From positions 1 to 37,085 of the forward strand of contig JBHIAH010000020.1 of the NCBI GenBank assembly GCA_046758505.1: a stretch of DNA of 37,085 nucleotides. Direction: 5' to 3'. The notes under the pieces are model-generated. The model worked only from the letters and a program-made list of their open reading frames with translations, searched no databases and had not been told where the DNA came from. Numbering within the stretch: position 1 is the stretch's first letter; each line of letters starts with the position of its first letter. Source of the DNA: Candidatus Methylomirabilales bacterium (GTDB taxonomy: Bacteria; Methylomirabilota; Methylomirabilia; Methylomirabilales; CSP1-5). Below are positions 36,835 to 37,085 of this stretch, in pieces. The position numbers and the translations under genes were made by a program.

Positions 36835-37085
36835 TTAGTGCGTCCCAACGCGGACGTCCTGGACCTTGATCGCGTATTGCGCCGGCTGGTGTTCACTCCG
36901 GTCCTCCACGTACAGGTCGATGAGGAGGAAACGGGTTTTCCCCGACTCGACGGCGAGATCGACCGCAATCGTAGAGCCTATCGGGACCACATTGACGGAC
37001 CCCCCTCGCTGGAGCTTGCCAGAGATCAGCCCGAATCTCACCCTGACCGCGTCGTAGGAAACCGTCTCGACAAGTCCCCCAGCGA
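36835..37085 (-). CDS. C-terminal part of a hypothetical beta-rich protein, truncated by the window edge
   Basis: Frame stays open to the window end (..AGGLVETVSYDAVRVRFG...VQDVRVGTH*); same strand as the SCO cluster. Confidence 0.6.
   Translation of the reverse strand, partial: AGGLVETVSYDAVRVRFGLISGKLQRGGSVNVVPIGSTIAVDLAVESGKTRFLLIDLYVEDRSEHQPAQYAIKVQDVRVGTH

Overview
A GC-rich bacterial chromosome segment of about 37 kb. Gene content and repeat style are compatible with a Methylomirabilota/Rokubacteria-like or related lineage, but this is inference only. The backbone is housekeeping: slyD-type PPIase, Na+/Ala-Gly symporter, an MdlAB-like ABC exporter pair, recO-glyQ-glyS-ppdK, threonine synthase, putA, panE, yjbQ, an HhH-GPD glycosylase, and ruvX-mltG-pilF-like TPR-rlmN-tRNA-fMet. 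Accessory patches include a probable IS3 end, REP/RAYT scars, two RelE-Phd toxin-antitoxin loci, and a tRNA-adjacent region with decayed genes and an SCO/CtaG/YtkA-like copper/oxidase-assembly cluster. The most notable signal is missing from the ORF track: a rhodanese gene (3750-4084, minus strand) whose active-site loop reads FY-TGA-ACC-TGA-PEE followed by a SECIS-like hairpin, i.e. a candidate double-selenocysteine (UxU) sulfurtransferase. It has a leaderless promoter and a 1-nt frameshift near its start. Other highlights are a threonine synthase fused to a LeuA/CimA allosteric domain, an unidentified structured ncRNA candidate (about 9539-9724), rlmN reading through a consensus promoter into a U1-A72 initiator tRNA, and dispersed heptamer repeat arrays at gene ends. 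No CRISPR array was seen.
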